Of a stretch of DNA of 64,000 nucleotides, positions 29,715-40,712 are shown piece after piece. The stretch lies in the NCBI GenBank assembly GCA_033764955.1, contig JANRIL010000038.1, forward strand, positions 96,001 through 160,000. The letters run 5' to 3'. The notes beneath the pieces are model-generated. The model was not told the origin of the DNA. It did no database searches and was given only the letters and a program-made list of their open reading frames with translations. This DNA is from Cyanobacteriota bacterium (lineage in GTDB: Bacteria > Cyanobacteriota > Cyanobacteriia > Thermostichales > Thermostichaceae). Position 1 is the first letter of the stretch, and every line of letters starts with the position of its first letter. A program made the translations under genes and the position numbers.

Positions 29715-30290
29715 TTACTGGGGAATAATATCCACTTCCTGTATGCCCAATTCCCTCAGATCCTCGGCTCGCAGATGGGCATCTCCCGCCATCAGAAATT
29801 CGTCTAATTGTGGGGGGGACACCTCCGTACTGGAAAGCATGGCATGAGCTTGGCCACGGTGATGGATTTGATGGACTAATAAATGGGAAAGGGTTCGATC
29901 CACTCGATCCCACAAAATCCCCCGTTGTCCCCGATCAAAAGCAATGGGTTGAGCTAAGTCTTGCGGGGTGAGATGATCACAAAAATGAATGAGCCGCTGA
30001 TCCGTTTGAGCTTGGGCTTCTGCTAAAGCTTGACAGGTATCATAGGGAGTTTCATTTTGAAAAATCCCTTGTCCTAAGCCACCCCCTTCCAGGGCATCCA
30101 AGTAATACCAATCCACCACCAAAATATGATTGAGTGTCAGCAGGAGTGAGGGAAAAAAGCCAACACGGGATCCCGCAAATTCTACTGGACTAAGCTGTTG
30201 ACAAGCGCGATAAATTCGGTAATTTGACCAACGATTGTGGCGAGCCATAATCCGAAAATGACCCACTAAACCTATATTCTCACTGTGCAT
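29715..30290 (-). CDS. DinB family protein
   Basis: ARHNRWSN.R, FFPSL..TLNHI..VD, HL..HQIHHRGQ. Confidence 0.88.
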   Translation of the reverse strand: MHSENIGLVGHFRIMARHNRWSNYRIYRACQQLSPVEFAGSRVGFFPSLLLTLNHILVVDWYYLDALEGGGLGQGIFQNETPYDTCQALAEAQAQTDQRLIHFCDHLTPQDLAQPIAFDRGQRGILWDRVDRTLSHLLVHQIHHRGQAHAMLSSTEVSPPQLDEFLMAGDAHLRAEDLRELGIQEVDIIPQ

Positions 30291-30346
30291 AAGGTGTATT
30301 GCTTGGGGGTGATCGGGTGTTGCCCAGCCAGCCAGAATCAAGAGGG

Positions 30347-30604
30347 TCAAAGGGATCCCTGCACCCGTTGCCACTGATCGGGAGCATAGGTTTTGAGAGA
30401 GAGGGCGTGCAGTTGACCACTATCCAGTTGGGCTTTCAGAGCCTCGTTAATCAGACGATGCTGCTGAATCATACTTAGTCCAGCAAAAGCTTCCGCCACG
30501 ACAATCGCCTGAAAGTGGTTGCCATCCCCCACCATGTCCTGTACTTGCACTTGGGATCCCGGCAAGGCACGCTGGATCAGTTGACGAATCTCTTCCGTCT
30601 GCAT
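30347..30604 (-). CDS. bolA: BolA family protein
   Basis: GDGNHF.A.VV...F.G....QHR...LHALSLKT. Confidence 0.92.
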   Translation of the reverse strand: MQTEEIRQLIQRALPGSQVQVQDMVGDGNHFQAIVVAEAFAGLSMIQQHRLINEALKAQLDSGQLHALSLKTYAPDQWQRVQGSL

Positions 30605-30688
30605 AAACCCTCCACATAACCACCCACGATTATCAGCATAAACTGCTAAGGTTGAGGCGATAGTTAGCCTATTTGGGAATCAACATCG

Positions 30689-31207
30689 GTGGAGGATCCA
30701 AAAAAAGAACTATGGTTGGCAGGGATCCCCACCCTAGCGGTTCCCCCGGCTGAATTCCGCCGACTGCCTGCGGCTGCCCTTGCCTATCTGGGAGATGCCA
30801 TTTACGAACTCTACATCCGGCAATCCTATTTGCTGCCACCCCAACGCATCACCCTTTATCATCAGCAGGTGGTGCAGCGGGTGCGTGGATCTACTCAAGC
30901 CGAAACATTGCAAGCCTTGCTCCCCCACTTAACCCCTCAGGAAGCATCCATTGTGCGCTGGGGAGAAAATGGGGCGGGTCAGCCCCCCAAAAATTTGGAT
31001 CCCGATCGCTATCGGCAAGCCAGTGGGTTTGAGACCTTGCTGGGCTATCTCTATCTTCAGGATCCAAGGCGATTGGGGGAGGTTCTTGCCCTTGCGGATC
31101 AGTATTTTGCTCTCGATACCCCCCCTAACCATTGCAGAGGAGCATCCCCCACAACCGTTAGCGGTGAGGGAGGGGCGAACCAGCCAGATAGTCTGGGCAA
31201 AATCTGA
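30689..31207 (+). CDS. mrnC: Mini-ribonuclease III
   Basis: LAYLGDAIYELYIR; YRQASGFETLLGYLYL. Confidence 0.9.
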   Translation: MEDPKKELWLAGIPTLAVPPAEFRRLPAAALAYLGDAIYELYIRQSYLLPPQRITLYHQQVVQRVRGSTQAETLQALLPHLTPQEASIVRWGENGAGQPPKNLDPDRYRQASGFETLLGYLYLQDPRRLGEVLALADQYFALDTPPNHCRGASPTTVSGEGGANQPDSLGKI

Positions 31208-31306
31208 TTTCTTTCCAGGATTTTCCCCTCTTTTGTCTGGTTTCAGGCTAGTTTTGTCCTCTCCTCTGTCGTGCTTGGCCACTCTCGTTTGGATGGTGCT
31301 TTGGTT

Positions 31307-32512
31307 ATGCCTCGTTTTTCCGACCGCTCTAAGCGTTCCTCCGGTCGATCCCATCGATCCAGTTCACGGGATCCCCAATTCCGCCCCCGTTCCCGCAACA
31401 ATGGTGACGAGCAACCCAAGCGGCGAGACTTCTCGGAATCAGAAAACCAAGATCGTCCCTCCAGTTTTCGAGAAGGCAAACCGGAGCGGGAGGCACGCCC
31501 GCGCCGCCCCCTGCGGGTGGATCGCCCTCAACTCAAAAAACGCAGTGGTAACGGCACTTCTCAACGGGGAGAGAACCATACTTTTGTCGAGAAATTTGAA
31601 AAACCTCAGGCAAAGCCAAAATTCCGCCCCAGCTCTTTCCCCCAGCCCGCTGCTCTCGATCCCGATGCTCCCACTCACGAGACCGGCGATGCGCCTGTGT
31701 CCACCCCAACCGAGTCGGAAGACAGCCATGATTTAATTTTTGGCAGACACCCAGTGTTGACGGCTCTCGAAAACCAGATGACCCTCAACCGCGTCTGGAT
31801 CTTGCCCCAACTGCGCTACAACTCCAAGTTTCATACCCTGCTCGAAGAGGCCAAAAATCGAGGCACGGTGGTTGATGAGGTGAGTCCGCAGCGACTGAGC
31901 CAGATCACCCACGGCGGCAACCATCAAGGGGTCGTGGCTCAGGGAACTCCCTACCAATATACCGAACTAGAAACCCTGGTCAGCCATGCCTTCGCTGCCA
32001 CACCCCAGCCTGTGATTGTGGTGATTGATGGCATTCAGGATCCCCACAACCTCGGGGCGATTGCTCGGACTGCCGAAGCGATGGGGATGCAGGGCTTGGT
32101 CATCCCCCAGCGGCGAGCGGTTGGGGTTACCTCTAGTGTGCTAAAGGTGGCGGCGGGAGCCTTGATGACCCTACCCATCTCCCGGGTGACCAACCTGAAT
32201 CGAGCCGTCGAATATCTCAAAGAAAAAGGCTTTTGGGTCTATGGAGCCGACACCCACGGTCAACAGCCAATCTATGCCACTCCCTTTCAGGGGCCGATAG
32301 CGATTGTGATCGGAGCCGAAGGAGAGGGGATCAGCCTGCTCACCCAAAAACACTGTGATCTGATCCTATCGATCCCCCTGGTGGGCAGGACTGAAAGCCT
32401 GAATGCCTCGGTGGCAGCGGGCATTGTCCTCTACGAGATCACTCGGCAGCGTGCTCCCAAAAATCTGGAATTACGCAACAAAACAAACATAAATCTTAGT
32501 GATTCGCAGTAA
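31307..32512 (+). CDS. rlmB: 23S rRNA Gm2251 methyltransferase RlmB with Arg-rich N-terminal extension
   Basis: [36 protein letters not shown]. Confidence 0.92.
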   Translation: MPRFSDRSKRSSGRSHRSSSRDPQFRPRSRNNGDEQPKRRDFSESENQDRPSSFREGKPEREARPRRPLRVDRPQLKKRSGNGTSQRGENHTFVEKFEKPQAKPKFRPSSFPQPAALDPDAPTHETGDAPVSTPTESEDSHDLIFGRHPVLTALENQMTLNRVWILPQLRYNSKFHTLLEEAKNRGTVVDEVSPQRLSQITHGGNHQGVVAQGTPYQYTELETLVSHAFAATPQPVIVVIDGIQDPHNLGAIARTAEAMGMQGLVIPQRRAVGVTSSVLKVAAGALMTLPISRVTNLNRAVEYLKEKGFWVYGADTHGQQPIYATPFQGPIAIVIGAEGEGISLLTQKHCDLILSIPLVGRTESLNASVAAGIVLYEITRQRAPKNLELRNKTNINLSDSQ

Positions 32513-32579
32513 AATCAGACCAGGTTGATGCAGTTCTCGACATAACGCAGCTTACATCGGCAAACAGAGGTCGTTCACC

Positions 32580-32828
32580 ATGTTAAAGAATGCGCTGACA
32601 AGTCTTTGGGAAGGATTGGGTTTAGCCACCTGGATTGAAGTCACTACCAGTAAACCTGCTTGCACTTACTATTTTGGCCCTTTCTTAAATGAGGCGGAGG
32701 CTGAGCAGCACAAAGAGGGCTATCTGGCCGACCTGAAAGCCGAAGGAGCAGAAGGGATCCAGGCGGTCTTAAAGCAGTGCCGCAAGCCGGATTGCCTAAC
32801 GGTGGAGCGCAGCGAGATGCGGGTTTAG
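32580..32828 (+). CDS. DUF1816 family protein
   Basis: WIEVTT..P.CTYYFGPF...GY..DL..EGA. Confidence 0.85.
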   Translation: MLKNALTSLWEGLGLATWIEVTTSKPACTYYFGPFLNEAEAEQHKEGYLADLKAEGAEGIQAVLKQCRKPDCLTVERSEMRV

Positions 32829-32892
32829 ACTGCTAGGGGAAAGATTGGTGTAAGCTAGTTCACTGACTTTGTTATTGTGGTTTGATTTCTCT

Positions 32893-33222
32893 ATGACCAG
32901 CCCCACCCATCAGGTTTGTTTGCGCTATCAAGGTCAAGAGTATCGCTTTAGGGCTAGCTCCCAGCAGACCGTTTTGGCGGCGGCTCTAGAGCAGGGGATC
33001 CCTTTGCCCTATTCCTGCCGGGCGGGGGTTTGCACTACCTGTGCGGGGCGACTCAGCCAAGGAACGGTGGCTCAAGAGGCGGCGATGGGCATCAGTCCTG
33101 ATTTGCAAGAGCAGGGATACGTTTTATATTGTGTTGCCTATCCGATGTCTGATTTGGAGGGAGAGGCCGGACAGGAGGACGAAGTGTATGAGTTGCAGTT
33201 TGGTGCCGCCCACCGTTCCTGA
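32893..33222 (+). CDS. 2Fe-2S ferredoxin
   Basis: LPYSCRAGVCTTCA...LYCVAYP.SD. Confidence 0.92.
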   Translation: MTSPTHQVCLRYQGQEYRFRASSQQTVLAAALEQGIPLPYSCRAGVCTTCAGRLSQGTVAQEAAMGISPDLQEQGYVLYCVAYPMSDLEGEAGQEDEVYELQFGAAHRS

Positions 33223-33223
33223 G

Positions 33224-33535
33224 ATGGGATCCCTCTCCTCACCGCCACAGGATCCCCTACCGGATCCGCTGCATCTGCACTTTTTGGTTGTCGAAATTCC
33301 CTTGCCGCGCCCCTTCCTGTTTTCAGTTGTGCAAGCGGATCTGCATCAGGCCATTCAGGAACAGTTGGGATCCTATCAGATGGTGCGTTGGGCGATCACC
33401 TCGGTTGCTGAGCCAACCCTGCCTGCCATCATTGAAGCAGTTGTCACCACTTTGTCTACCCATACAGAGGGAGATTTGCAGGGAAAGCGATCCGACGGGA
33501 ACGCAAAAGGATCATCCCCACCCTTTCCTGCTTGA
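33224..33535 (+). CDS. Small conserved cyanobacterial hypothetical protein
   Basis: LHQAIQEQL....RWAITSV...IEAVVT; ATG 1 nt after the ferredoxin stop. Confidence 0.65.
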   Translation: MGSLSSPPQDPLPDPLHLHFLVVEIPLPRPFLFSVVQADLHQAIQEQLGSYQMVRWAITSVAEPTLPAIIEAVVTTLSTHTEGDLQGKRSDGNAKGSSPPFPA

Positions 33536-33571
33536 TTCGCCTCTGACTTTGATGGGTTACTCAGGCGTTAG

Positions 33572-34150
33572 ATGGAGAAGCTTTACTCCGTGGATATCCA
33601 GTCGTCTGTATTTATCGCCACCAGTTTAGACGGCTATATTGCCCGCCTGGACGGATCCCTAGACTGGTTGGATCGGGCTAATCAAGCTGTGCCGCCTGGA
33701 GAAGACTTTGGCTATGCCGACTTTTTGAATTCGGTGGATATTTTGGTAATGGGCAGCCATAGCTTTGCCAAGGTGCTCAGTTTTGCAGAATGGCCTTACC
33801 CAACCAAACCCGTTGTGGTGCTGAGCCACCGTCCCCTTACCGTGCCCTCAACTCTGGCCACCTCCGTTCGTGTTTCGGCTCAATCTCCCGATGACCTTGT
33901 GAAGGAACTCGCCCAACAGGGAGCCAAGCATCTCTATGTCGATGGAGGGCTGGTGATTCAGAGTTTTTTACGGGCGGGGTTGATCGATGAAATCACGATC
34001 ACCTTGATTCCCGTTTTGTTGGGAGCAGGCAAGCCGCTTTTTGGATCCTTGCCTCAAGATCTCCCCCTCCAGCATCTAGCCACTACAGTCTATGACTGTG
34101 GTTTTGTGCAAAATAAGTATCACGTGATTCGCCCCCAGGGTATTGGCTAG
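33572..34150 (+). CDS. Dihydrofolate reductase / RibD C-terminal family protein
   Basis: IATSLDGYIA..DG.LDWL; YVDGG; IPVLLG.G.PLF. Confidence 0.9.
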   Translation: MEKLYSVDIQSSVFIATSLDGYIARLDGSLDWLDRANQAVPPGEDFGYADFLNSVDILVMGSHSFAKVLSFAEWPYPTKPVVVLSHRPLTVPSTLATSVRVSAQSPDDLVKELAQQGAKHLYVDGGLVIQSFLRAGLIDEITITLIPVLLGAGKPLFGSLPQDLPLQHLATTVYDCGFVQNKYHVIRPQGIG

Positions 34151-34166
34151 CCAAGAGAATCCTTCC

Positions 34167-35042
34167 CTAGGGTTGCTGTTTCATCCAGGTCAGACAGCGC
34201 TGCATTTGTTGCTTCATGGTGCTTCGATCGGTGTAATAGCGTCGACCATGCCCCGGCAACACCCACGCAAAATCATAGGTGCTCAGCCTTTCCATTGAGA
34301 GAGTCAAAGCTTTCCAGGAATACCAACAGGCGTCCCGAAAAGCATAGAGATGTCCTAGGCGCCCTGACCAAGCCAGGTGATCCCCACTAAAAAGGAACTG
34401 TTCGTTGTAGAGCAAAACGGTGTGCCCTTTGGTATGTCCCGGCACGGGCAGAATCGTTATATCGTCGGCTAGCTTGATGGGATCCGTTCCGGTCAATTGC
34501 CTTTCCACTTGCCGAGTCTCTGCCCGAATATCATCTTCATGCAGGATCCGCTCGCAACCAAAATGATCGTGAAAGGCTTGATGGTCAGCCACATCATCCT
34601 GATGGGTGAGATATAGCCAACGGATCCCCCCCAATCCCTCCAACTTTTTGACCAAAGGAGCCGCAAACCGGGGGGAATCAATCAAAATATTGCCATCGGG
34701 TCGTTGAATAAAATAGCTAGCTGCCCCAAAGGATTTTTTGGAGTGAAACCCACAGTGATAAACCTGATCAGCAATGGACACAGGAAAGGTTTGCTGTACC
34801 GCTTGAATATCAGAAGGCGGTTCTGTGGTGCCAATGGAAGCCGTAGGGCAAGAGAGGAGAGCTTGTAGGGCATGAAGGCGCTCGGTTGGATTGCTAGGTT
34901 GGCGATAAACTGCCGATTGATCCGCAATTTCGCGGAATACTTCAGGAGCCATCCAGCGACAGGTATCACAATCAATACAAGACTGATCGACGTAGAGATC
35001 TCCAGCTACATTTTCAGAGCGGCGTTGATTGAGATGAGCCAT
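34167..35042 (-). CDS. MBL-fold metallo-hydrolase with N-terminal ferredoxin-like domain
   Basis: CIDCDTCRW...SCPT; THQDDVADH; PGHT.GH; GDH; LPGHG. Confidence 0.9.
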   Translation of the reverse strand: MAHLNQRRSENVAGDLYVDQSCIDCDTCRWMAPEVFREIADQSAVYRQPSNPTERLHALQALLSCPTASIGTTEPPSDIQAVQQTFPVSIADQVYHCGFHSKKSFGAASYFIQRPDGNILIDSPRFAAPLVKKLEGLGGIRWLYLTHQDDVADHQAFHDHFGCERILHEDDIRAETRQVERQLTGTDPIKLADDITILPVPGHTKGHTVLLYNEQFLFSGDHLAWSGRLGHLYAFRDACWYSWKALTLSMERLSTYDFAWVLPGHGRRYYTDRSTMKQQMQRCLTWMKQQP

Positions 35043-35206
35043 ACTGAGAAGTTCCCGATTGCTCCCATGTCATCAGATCTTAACTCAGATGGTTCTGCCA
35101 GCGGAGTCTCTCCGGGATCCCCGTCTTCCTGTCACAGGTGCAGCGCTACCGGCAGATGGAAGCAGGATAAGGGATCCCTGGAGGGATGAGTCCAGAGAGG
35201 GATAGC

Positions 35207-35773
35207 TTAAGGATTGCCCACCGGAATCAAAAATTCGTGGATGGGGGCGATCATGCGATAGGGTGTGGTGTTGACAATGGGCTGCACCATTCCCCCATTA
35301 GAAGAGGGGCTAGTGGGTCGCAGCAAATAGCGAATGACTTGATCGCCTCGATAAAAGGTTACGGAATAGTGATCTCCCTGCTGCTCAATCTGCCAAGTTC
35401 CTTCTCCGTTGTTGATGGTGGCGGATCCCCCTGCAAAGGGAGCATCTAATGTCGGCCCAGAGCGAGTCCGAATGCGACCTTGCTGCAACTCTAGAACCAG
35501 CTGCACGGTTGCCCCCTGTCCATGTCCACTCAAAATCTGACCGGTGCCGCTCCACACCCCTGCCGGAGACTGACACCAAGCTGGCAAGGGATCCCCCAAC
35601 TGGAGAAGGAGCGCCATCAGACCCGACCAGGGAATCCATAACCCAGAGAGGCTAGGTTTCGGGTATGGCGACTGCGCGTCACGAGCAAACTTGACAAGGG
35701 AACCCATAACCATCACAAGAAAGAACTCACGATTCACAAGCCAATTCTGGGCAAATAACCCATTTCTACCCAT
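35207..35773 (-). CDS. Hypothetical exported protein (start uncertain)
   Basis: Signal-like segment, then a beta-rich domain GVWSGTGQILSG... Confidence 0.55.
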   Translation of the reverse strand: MGRNGLFAQNWLVNREFFLVMVMGSLVKFARDAQSPYPKPSLSGLWIPWSGLMALLLQLGDPLPAWCQSPAGVWSGTGQILSGHGQGATVQLVLELQQGRIRTRSGPTLDAPFAGGSATINNGEGTWQIEQQGDHYSVTFYRGDQVIRYLLRPTSPSSNGGMVQPIVNTTPYRMIAPIHEFLIPVGNP

Positions 35774-35944
35774 CTTTATAGAACCCCAGATGGTTGTGAT
35801 CTCTACTCTAGGTAATTCAAATGTATCGTGACAGGAGCCTACACCCAGAGGGGTTTACGGCAACGCGCAAGCCAAAAGCAGGAGAGACGGGTCTCCCAAG
35901 CTGCTCACGAAAATCTCGATAGTTAGACTAGCATAGGGCTGGAG

Positions 35945-37045
35945 TTAGAGACCCGCGGCGGATCCCTCGTCCGAAGCAGCTAGCACAAGGGTTTGAGGAG
36001 GAGGGGAGGAGTGGCGCACTTCCCGCAGAGCATCCGCCGTCACCTTAATAAAACTGGCTAGGGGAACAGCAAGCAATAAACCCAAGACGCCAGCTAGTTT
36101 AGCTCCGACCAAAAGGGATAACAAAATCCAGACGGGATTGAGTCCTGTGATACCTCCCAATAGGCGAGGGGCAACGATATTGTCATTCACTTGACCAATC
36201 AAGATAGAAACGATCAGAACCTTGATACCCAGCCAAAAGTTTTGTAAGGTTACTAACAAACTGACAAAAATAATACTAAAGACTCCCCCAAAAGGGATAA
36301 TACTTAGCCCACCGATACCGATGCCGAATAACAGACCAAAAGGTACGCCCAAAACTAAAAAAGCAATCGTGATGGCGGATCCTAGCACAGCCGCTAAAAT
36401 CGCTTGTCCGGTGAAATAATTATGAAAATTTTGATGGAGAGATTGCCGAAGTGTTTGATCCCAGGGAGAGGGTAACCAAGCAAAAATACCTTGCCAAAGC
36501 TGCTCACCACTTAAAATTAAATAAAAGGTAAGCACTAGAGTCAGAAATAAATTGACAAAGCCACCTATTGTATCAAAGGCAAAAGTTAGTAAACTACTAG
36601 TTAGAGTTTGTAATTGGGTGGAAAGACGGTCGGTAATCTGAATAGCTAAATTACTGATGTCAATTGACCATTCTTGAGCATTCGTCCAACTGGCAAATGC
36701 CTGGAGTTGCTGGGCTCCTGATTCAATCCAGCCGGGGAGTCGGTTGATCAGTTCACTCAGTTGTCCCAAAATAATTGGAATCAGTAGGATCCCTAAGACG
36801 GTAAAAATAACAATCGCCAGTAATAAAACCCAAACCACTGCTCTTGTCCGCTTCACTCCAAGTTTTTGGAGAAATTTAACGGGATAATCGAGGACGAAGG
36901 AGAGTAAAATGGCGGTGATAGTGACACCAAACAAAGGTCGAAAATATTGAATCAATGATAATAATAGCCATCCATTCAAAAAAAAGAGCGGAAAGGCTAA
37001 ACTTAGAGAAAGCCAACGTGGCATCTGATTCAAAGATTTAAGCAT
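35945..37045 (-). CDS. AI-2E family transporter
   Basis: Multi-TM; LDYPV..L; DNIVAPRLLG..TGLNP..G..GLLLAVP. Confidence 0.9.
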   Translation of the reverse strand: MLKSLNQMPRWLSLSLAFPLFFLNGWLLLSLIQYFRPLFGVTITAILLSFVLDYPVKFLQKLGVKRTRAVVWVLLLAIVIFTVLGILLIPIILGQLSELINRLPGWIESGAQQLQAFASWTNAQEWSIDISNLAIQITDRLSTQLQTLTSSLLTFAFDTIGGFVNLFLTLVLTFYLILSGEQLWQGIFAWLPSPWDQTLRQSLHQNFHNYFTGQAILAAVLGSAITIAFLVLGVPFGLLFGIGIGGLSIIPFGGVFSIIFVSLLVTLQNFWLGIKVLIVSILIGQVNDNIVAPRLLGGITGLNPVWILLSLLVGAKLAGVLGLLLAVPLASFIKVTADALREVRHSSPPPQTLVLAASDEGSAAGL

Positions 37046-37091
37046 GATAATCATCCCAAGGCAGTCAGTTACGAGCACGTATGGCCAGAGT

Positions 37092-38909
37092 TTATAGCGA
37101 GGTGGGGGCGCTAATCCCCAAGATACCTGTCAAAAGATTGTAGAGAACTTGGCGAGTAGCTTCCACTAGCACCAGTCTCGCCTTGGCTAAATCAAGGGTT
37201 TCTGGTGATTGAAAAAGGGGCAAGAGTCGGCAATTATCATAAAACTTGTTAAAATCGCTAGCTACTGATTCTGTGTAGCGAATCACTTTATGGGGAGCCC
37301 GCTCTTGAGCAGCAATTTTTAGTTCATCAGGTAGAGCTAGGAGTTTTAAGAGTAAGGTTCGTTCCTCTGGCTGTTCATACCACAACTGATTTTGCTGGTT
37401 GAGCAGAGAAGGGATCCCTTGGCTAGGATCCTGAAGATCAATCTGTTCTTCCTCAGCGATTCTGCGTAAGAGTGTGCAGCAACGGGCATGGCTATAGTGA
37501 ACATAAACGACAGGATTATCAAAAGTTTTTTTGACGGCTAGATCAAGATCAAAGTTAATAGGAGAATCCATTGAGTTACTTAATAAAAACCAACGGGCAG
37601 CATCAACTCCTACTCCTATTTCGGAATCCTCCATCAGGTCATTAATGGAGACAAAATTCCCCGTTCGCTTTGACATTCTGACCTCAGTTTTTTCTCCTCT
37701 AGTGGGATCTAGGCGAAACAGTTTAACAAATTGCCCAATGATAATCTCTAGCTTGACATTTAAGCTGAAAGCCCCGACAGCAGCATGTAAACGACCCATA
37801 TAGCCGTGGTGATCGGATCCCAGAATATTGATTAAACGGTCATAACCTCGTCGTACTTTATCCCGATGGTAAGCAATATCTGCGGCTAAATAGGTAGTTG
37901 TGCCATCAGTTTTTTGAATAACTCTATCTTTGTCATCCCCAAATTCGGCAGTCTTAAAAAAAATTGCTTCTTCAGCATCAGGTTTTGCCTCTTCTCCACG
38001 GGGAGCCTTGGCTCGATAAAGATAACCATTTTGGGAGAGTTCTTGAATGGATTGAGCAATAGCACTCACTCCGGTTTCTGGATCGATTTGGTGAAGCCAT
38101 CGCTCACTAAACCATTGCTCAAATTCAGTATGAAACTGTTTGAGAGTTGTTTGCTGCCAATGGAGCATTTTCTGATAGGCGTAATCAGTAAATTCAGCTA
38201 AAGTAGTGGGCATTTTTTCCTGTCCTGACTGTACTTGATCAAGAAGTGTTTGAGCTAATTCGATCAGATAGGAACCGTGATAGGAATCGGGGGGTAATTC
38301 TGTGGGGATCCCTTGTAGTTGTTGGACTCGGATTTGCAGGGTTTGCCCCAAGATTTGCATTTGATTGCCAGCATCGTTGATATAAAACTCACGATCCACC
38401 GAATGACCTGTCCAACGAAATAAGTTAGCAAGGGTTGAACCTACTGCTGCCCAACGTCCATGCCCAACATGCAGAGGGCCAGTCGGGTTGGCGGAAACAA
38501 ATTCAATCAAAATCTTTTCAGGCGGATTGGCTTGGGTTTGGCCAAAGTGGTTACCCAGTGCTATTAATTGCTGGAGTTGCTCGGCTAAAAACGGATCCCC
38601 CAAGCGAAAGTTAATAAAGCCGGCTCCAGCAACTGTAGCGGTTACGTTATCCAAAGCAAACTCGGCAACAATAGCCTTAGCAATGGATGAGGGGGATAGT
38701 CGACAAGTTTTTGCCATGCTCAGCGCCGAGGGAGAAGCATAATCTCCGTAGCTCAAATCATTGGGTATTTGGATAAGCAGATTGAGACTGGGTACTTGTT
38801 CTGGGGTTAAGGCTCCTAGCTGCTTGTTTTCGCTTGCTCTCCTAATGGCGGCTTGTAGAGCGGTGGATAAAAGCTGAGTGATGGGAACCGAGGTATTCGG
38901 TGGCTGCAT
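37092..38909 (-). CDS. argS: Arginine--tRNA ligase
   Basis: [39 protein letters not shown]. Confidence 0.96.
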   Translation of the reverse strand: MQPPNTSVPITQLLSTALQAAIRRASENKQLGALTPEQVPSLNLLIQIPNDLSYGDYASPSALSMAKTCRLSPSSIAKAIVAEFALDNVTATVAGAGFINFRLGDPFLAEQLQQLIALGNHFGQTQANPPEKILIEFVSANPTGPLHVGHGRWAAVGSTLANLFRWTGHSVDREFYINDAGNQMQILGQTLQIRVQQLQGIPTELPPDSYHGSYLIELAQTLLDQVQSGQEKMPTTLAEFTDYAYQKMLHWQQTTLKQFHTEFEQWFSERWLHQIDPETGVSAIAQSIQELSQNGYLYRAKAPRGEEAKPDAEEAIFFKTAEFGDDKDRVIQKTDGTTTYLAADIAYHRDKVRRGYDRLINILGSDHHGYMGRLHAAVGAFSLNVKLEIIIGQFVKLFRLDPTRGEKTEVRMSKRTGNFVSINDLMEDSEIGVGVDAARWFLLSNSMDSPINFDLDLAVKKTFDNPVVYVHYSHARCCTLLRRIAEEEQIDLQDPSQGIPSLLNQQNQLWYEQPEERTLLLKLLALPDELKIAAQERAPHKVIRYTESVASDFNKFYDNCRLLPLFQSPETLDLAKARLVLVEATRQVLYNLLTGILGISAPTSL

Positions 38910-39004
38910 AGAAGGATAACTAGGTGAGATCTCAGTATGGCATTGCTAGACTAAAGCTGGTGCCAACCCATGCCAAACTATGTGGAGTGCTGAGCAACTC
39001 AGTC

Positions 39005-40393
39005 ATGACTCATGAAAAATTTCATCAATCTTTACTGAAGTATTTGGAAGATAATTCTTCAACAGTTTGTCAAGATAGCGAAATCTTATCCTCCAATTTG
39101 GCTCAGCTATTGGCGTGGGGGATAGGCCAGTTATCCAATGAAGACTTTTTTTGTCAGATTGGGATGACTAATATCGATACTACGTTATCAGTCTTAAAAT
39201 CTTTTCCTGAGCAAATTGCTTTGATTATTATCGATCCCTATGATCAAGCCCACGATCAGGCGAGGGATCCCTCTCCGCCACAGGAAAAGCTAGCAAAAAC
39301 AGTTCAAGAAAAAATCTCTAACTTAGGGCTTGAAGAACGAGTTTTTGTTTGTACTGAAGAAGTCGCTAGCGTGCTTGAGTCAGTTCAGCAGCTTTTTAGT
39401 CAATCATCCATCGGATGCTTCTATTACAGTCTGCTAGTGGACTATCGAACCCAGTCCCTTCATTTTGCTCTACTAAAAACCTATCTTGCTGATCCATCCA
39501 TTTGTTTTATCGATCACACTATTTGGGGATCCGTTCGTCAAGCTAATCTAGACTTACTGGTATTACATACAGGCTTTCATTTTCAACATTCCTTTCCGCA
39601 CTTGAGTCAGATGTTGGAATTATGGATATGGGAACAAGAAAGTGGTGAATTGACCGATCATGACCTGACTCACTTACATCAATCTGCTCAGGGATCCCTG
39701 CTATCGGCTAGCCCCAGCCACCTCACTTTTGCTCAACCTAATCCACCATCACCGATTCCGTATGAATATTTTCCCTGTCGATTTATCCGTTATGATAATT
39801 TTTTATCCATCGAACTTAACCAACTTATCCTCAATCATGCTATACAGCAACAAGATCTTTTTATTGAATCGAAGAGTTACAGCACAACTTATAAAGAATC
39901 TGATCAACTGCGTCGATCCAGTCGATTAGGAGCAGCTCACTTTCAGGGAATTGCATCTCAGATGCGGGAAAAAATTGCTGCAGTTGCCTCGGAGATTTTT
40001 GAGAAGCTCAAGATCGAGAATTTTGATATTCAGATTTTTGAGGTTGAAATGGTAGCTAGCTATAATGGTTGTTTTTTTGCTGTTCATGCTGACAACTCAC
40101 ATCCAAAAACATCCTATCGCCAAGTTAGCTGTGTCTATTATTTTCATCGGGATCCCAAACCTTTTCTGGGTGGAAACTTACGCATCTATGATACTCAGCG
40201 TCAGCAGCAATCAGCACCCGTGATTTATGGTGCATTTGATGAGATTGAACCCACTAACAATAGTATGGTATTTTTTGCCAGTAGTTGTCTGCATGAAATT
40301 TTGCCTGTTTTCTCTCCATCGGGTGATTTTACTGACAGTCGATTCACAATCAATACTTGGTTAGGTTGCAAGTCTTTCATGAGCGCAGTATGA
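39005..40393 (+). CDS. 2OG-Fe(II) oxygenase (C-terminal) fused to a degenerate methyltransferase-like N-terminal domain
   Basis: HADN...VYYF...GG.L..YD...NS.VFF.S..LHE...SRFT. Confidence 0.8.
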   Translation: MTHEKFHQSLLKYLEDNSSTVCQDSEILSSNLAQLLAWGIGQLSNEDFFCQIGMTNIDTTLSVLKSFPEQIALIIIDPYDQAHDQARDPSPPQEKLAKTVQEKISNLGLEERVFVCTEEVASVLESVQQLFSQSSIGCFYYSLLVDYRTQSLHFALLKTYLADPSICFIDHTIWGSVRQANLDLLVLHTGFHFQHSFPHLSQMLELWIWEQESGELTDHDLTHLHQSAQGSLLSASPSHLTFAQPNPPSPIPYEYFPCRFIRYDNFLSIELNQLILNHAIQQQDLFIESKSYSTTYKESDQLRRSSRLGAAHFQGIASQMREKIAAVASEIFEKLKIENFDIQIFEVEMVASYNGCFFAVHADNSHPKTSYRQVSCVYYFHRDPKPFLGGNLRIYDTQRQQQSAPVIYGAFDEIEPTNNSMVFFASSCLHEILPVFSPSGDFTDSRFTINTWLGCKSFMSAV

Positions 40394-40712
40394 AACTTAT
40401 GATTGATTTGCTTGAAAAAGAAAAATTATCAGGAGGGATACTGACGAATGAATCTCATCAATATTGATATCTACTCCTCCATACATTCTGTTTTTTTGAT
40501 GGTTTTATTCAAGTAATGGTTATCAAATACCAGGGTGTTTTACGGGCTTAGCTTATTGAGAATGAATAACCTGGAGTAGGGGTTTTAGGTTTCATCTATT
40601 CTCAATAAACATCCTTCTGAATTTGTCAGCATTACCTCTAGGACACTACCAAAAATCTAAATATTTGCCTGTTACTGCCAAGATGGTGTCGGGAGAGTAT
40701 CTATTCTTGTCT

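Noticed and set aside
30951..31736. 261-aa alternate-frame ORF and similar overlapping ORFs (e.g. 17113-17805)
   Set aside because: Shadow frames of well-supported genes in GC-rich DNA, with no recognisable motifs
35875..35905. Riboswitch-like GC-rich stretch
   Set aside because: No riboswitch consensus I can match; reads as a hairpin plus T-run terminator for the AI-2E gene
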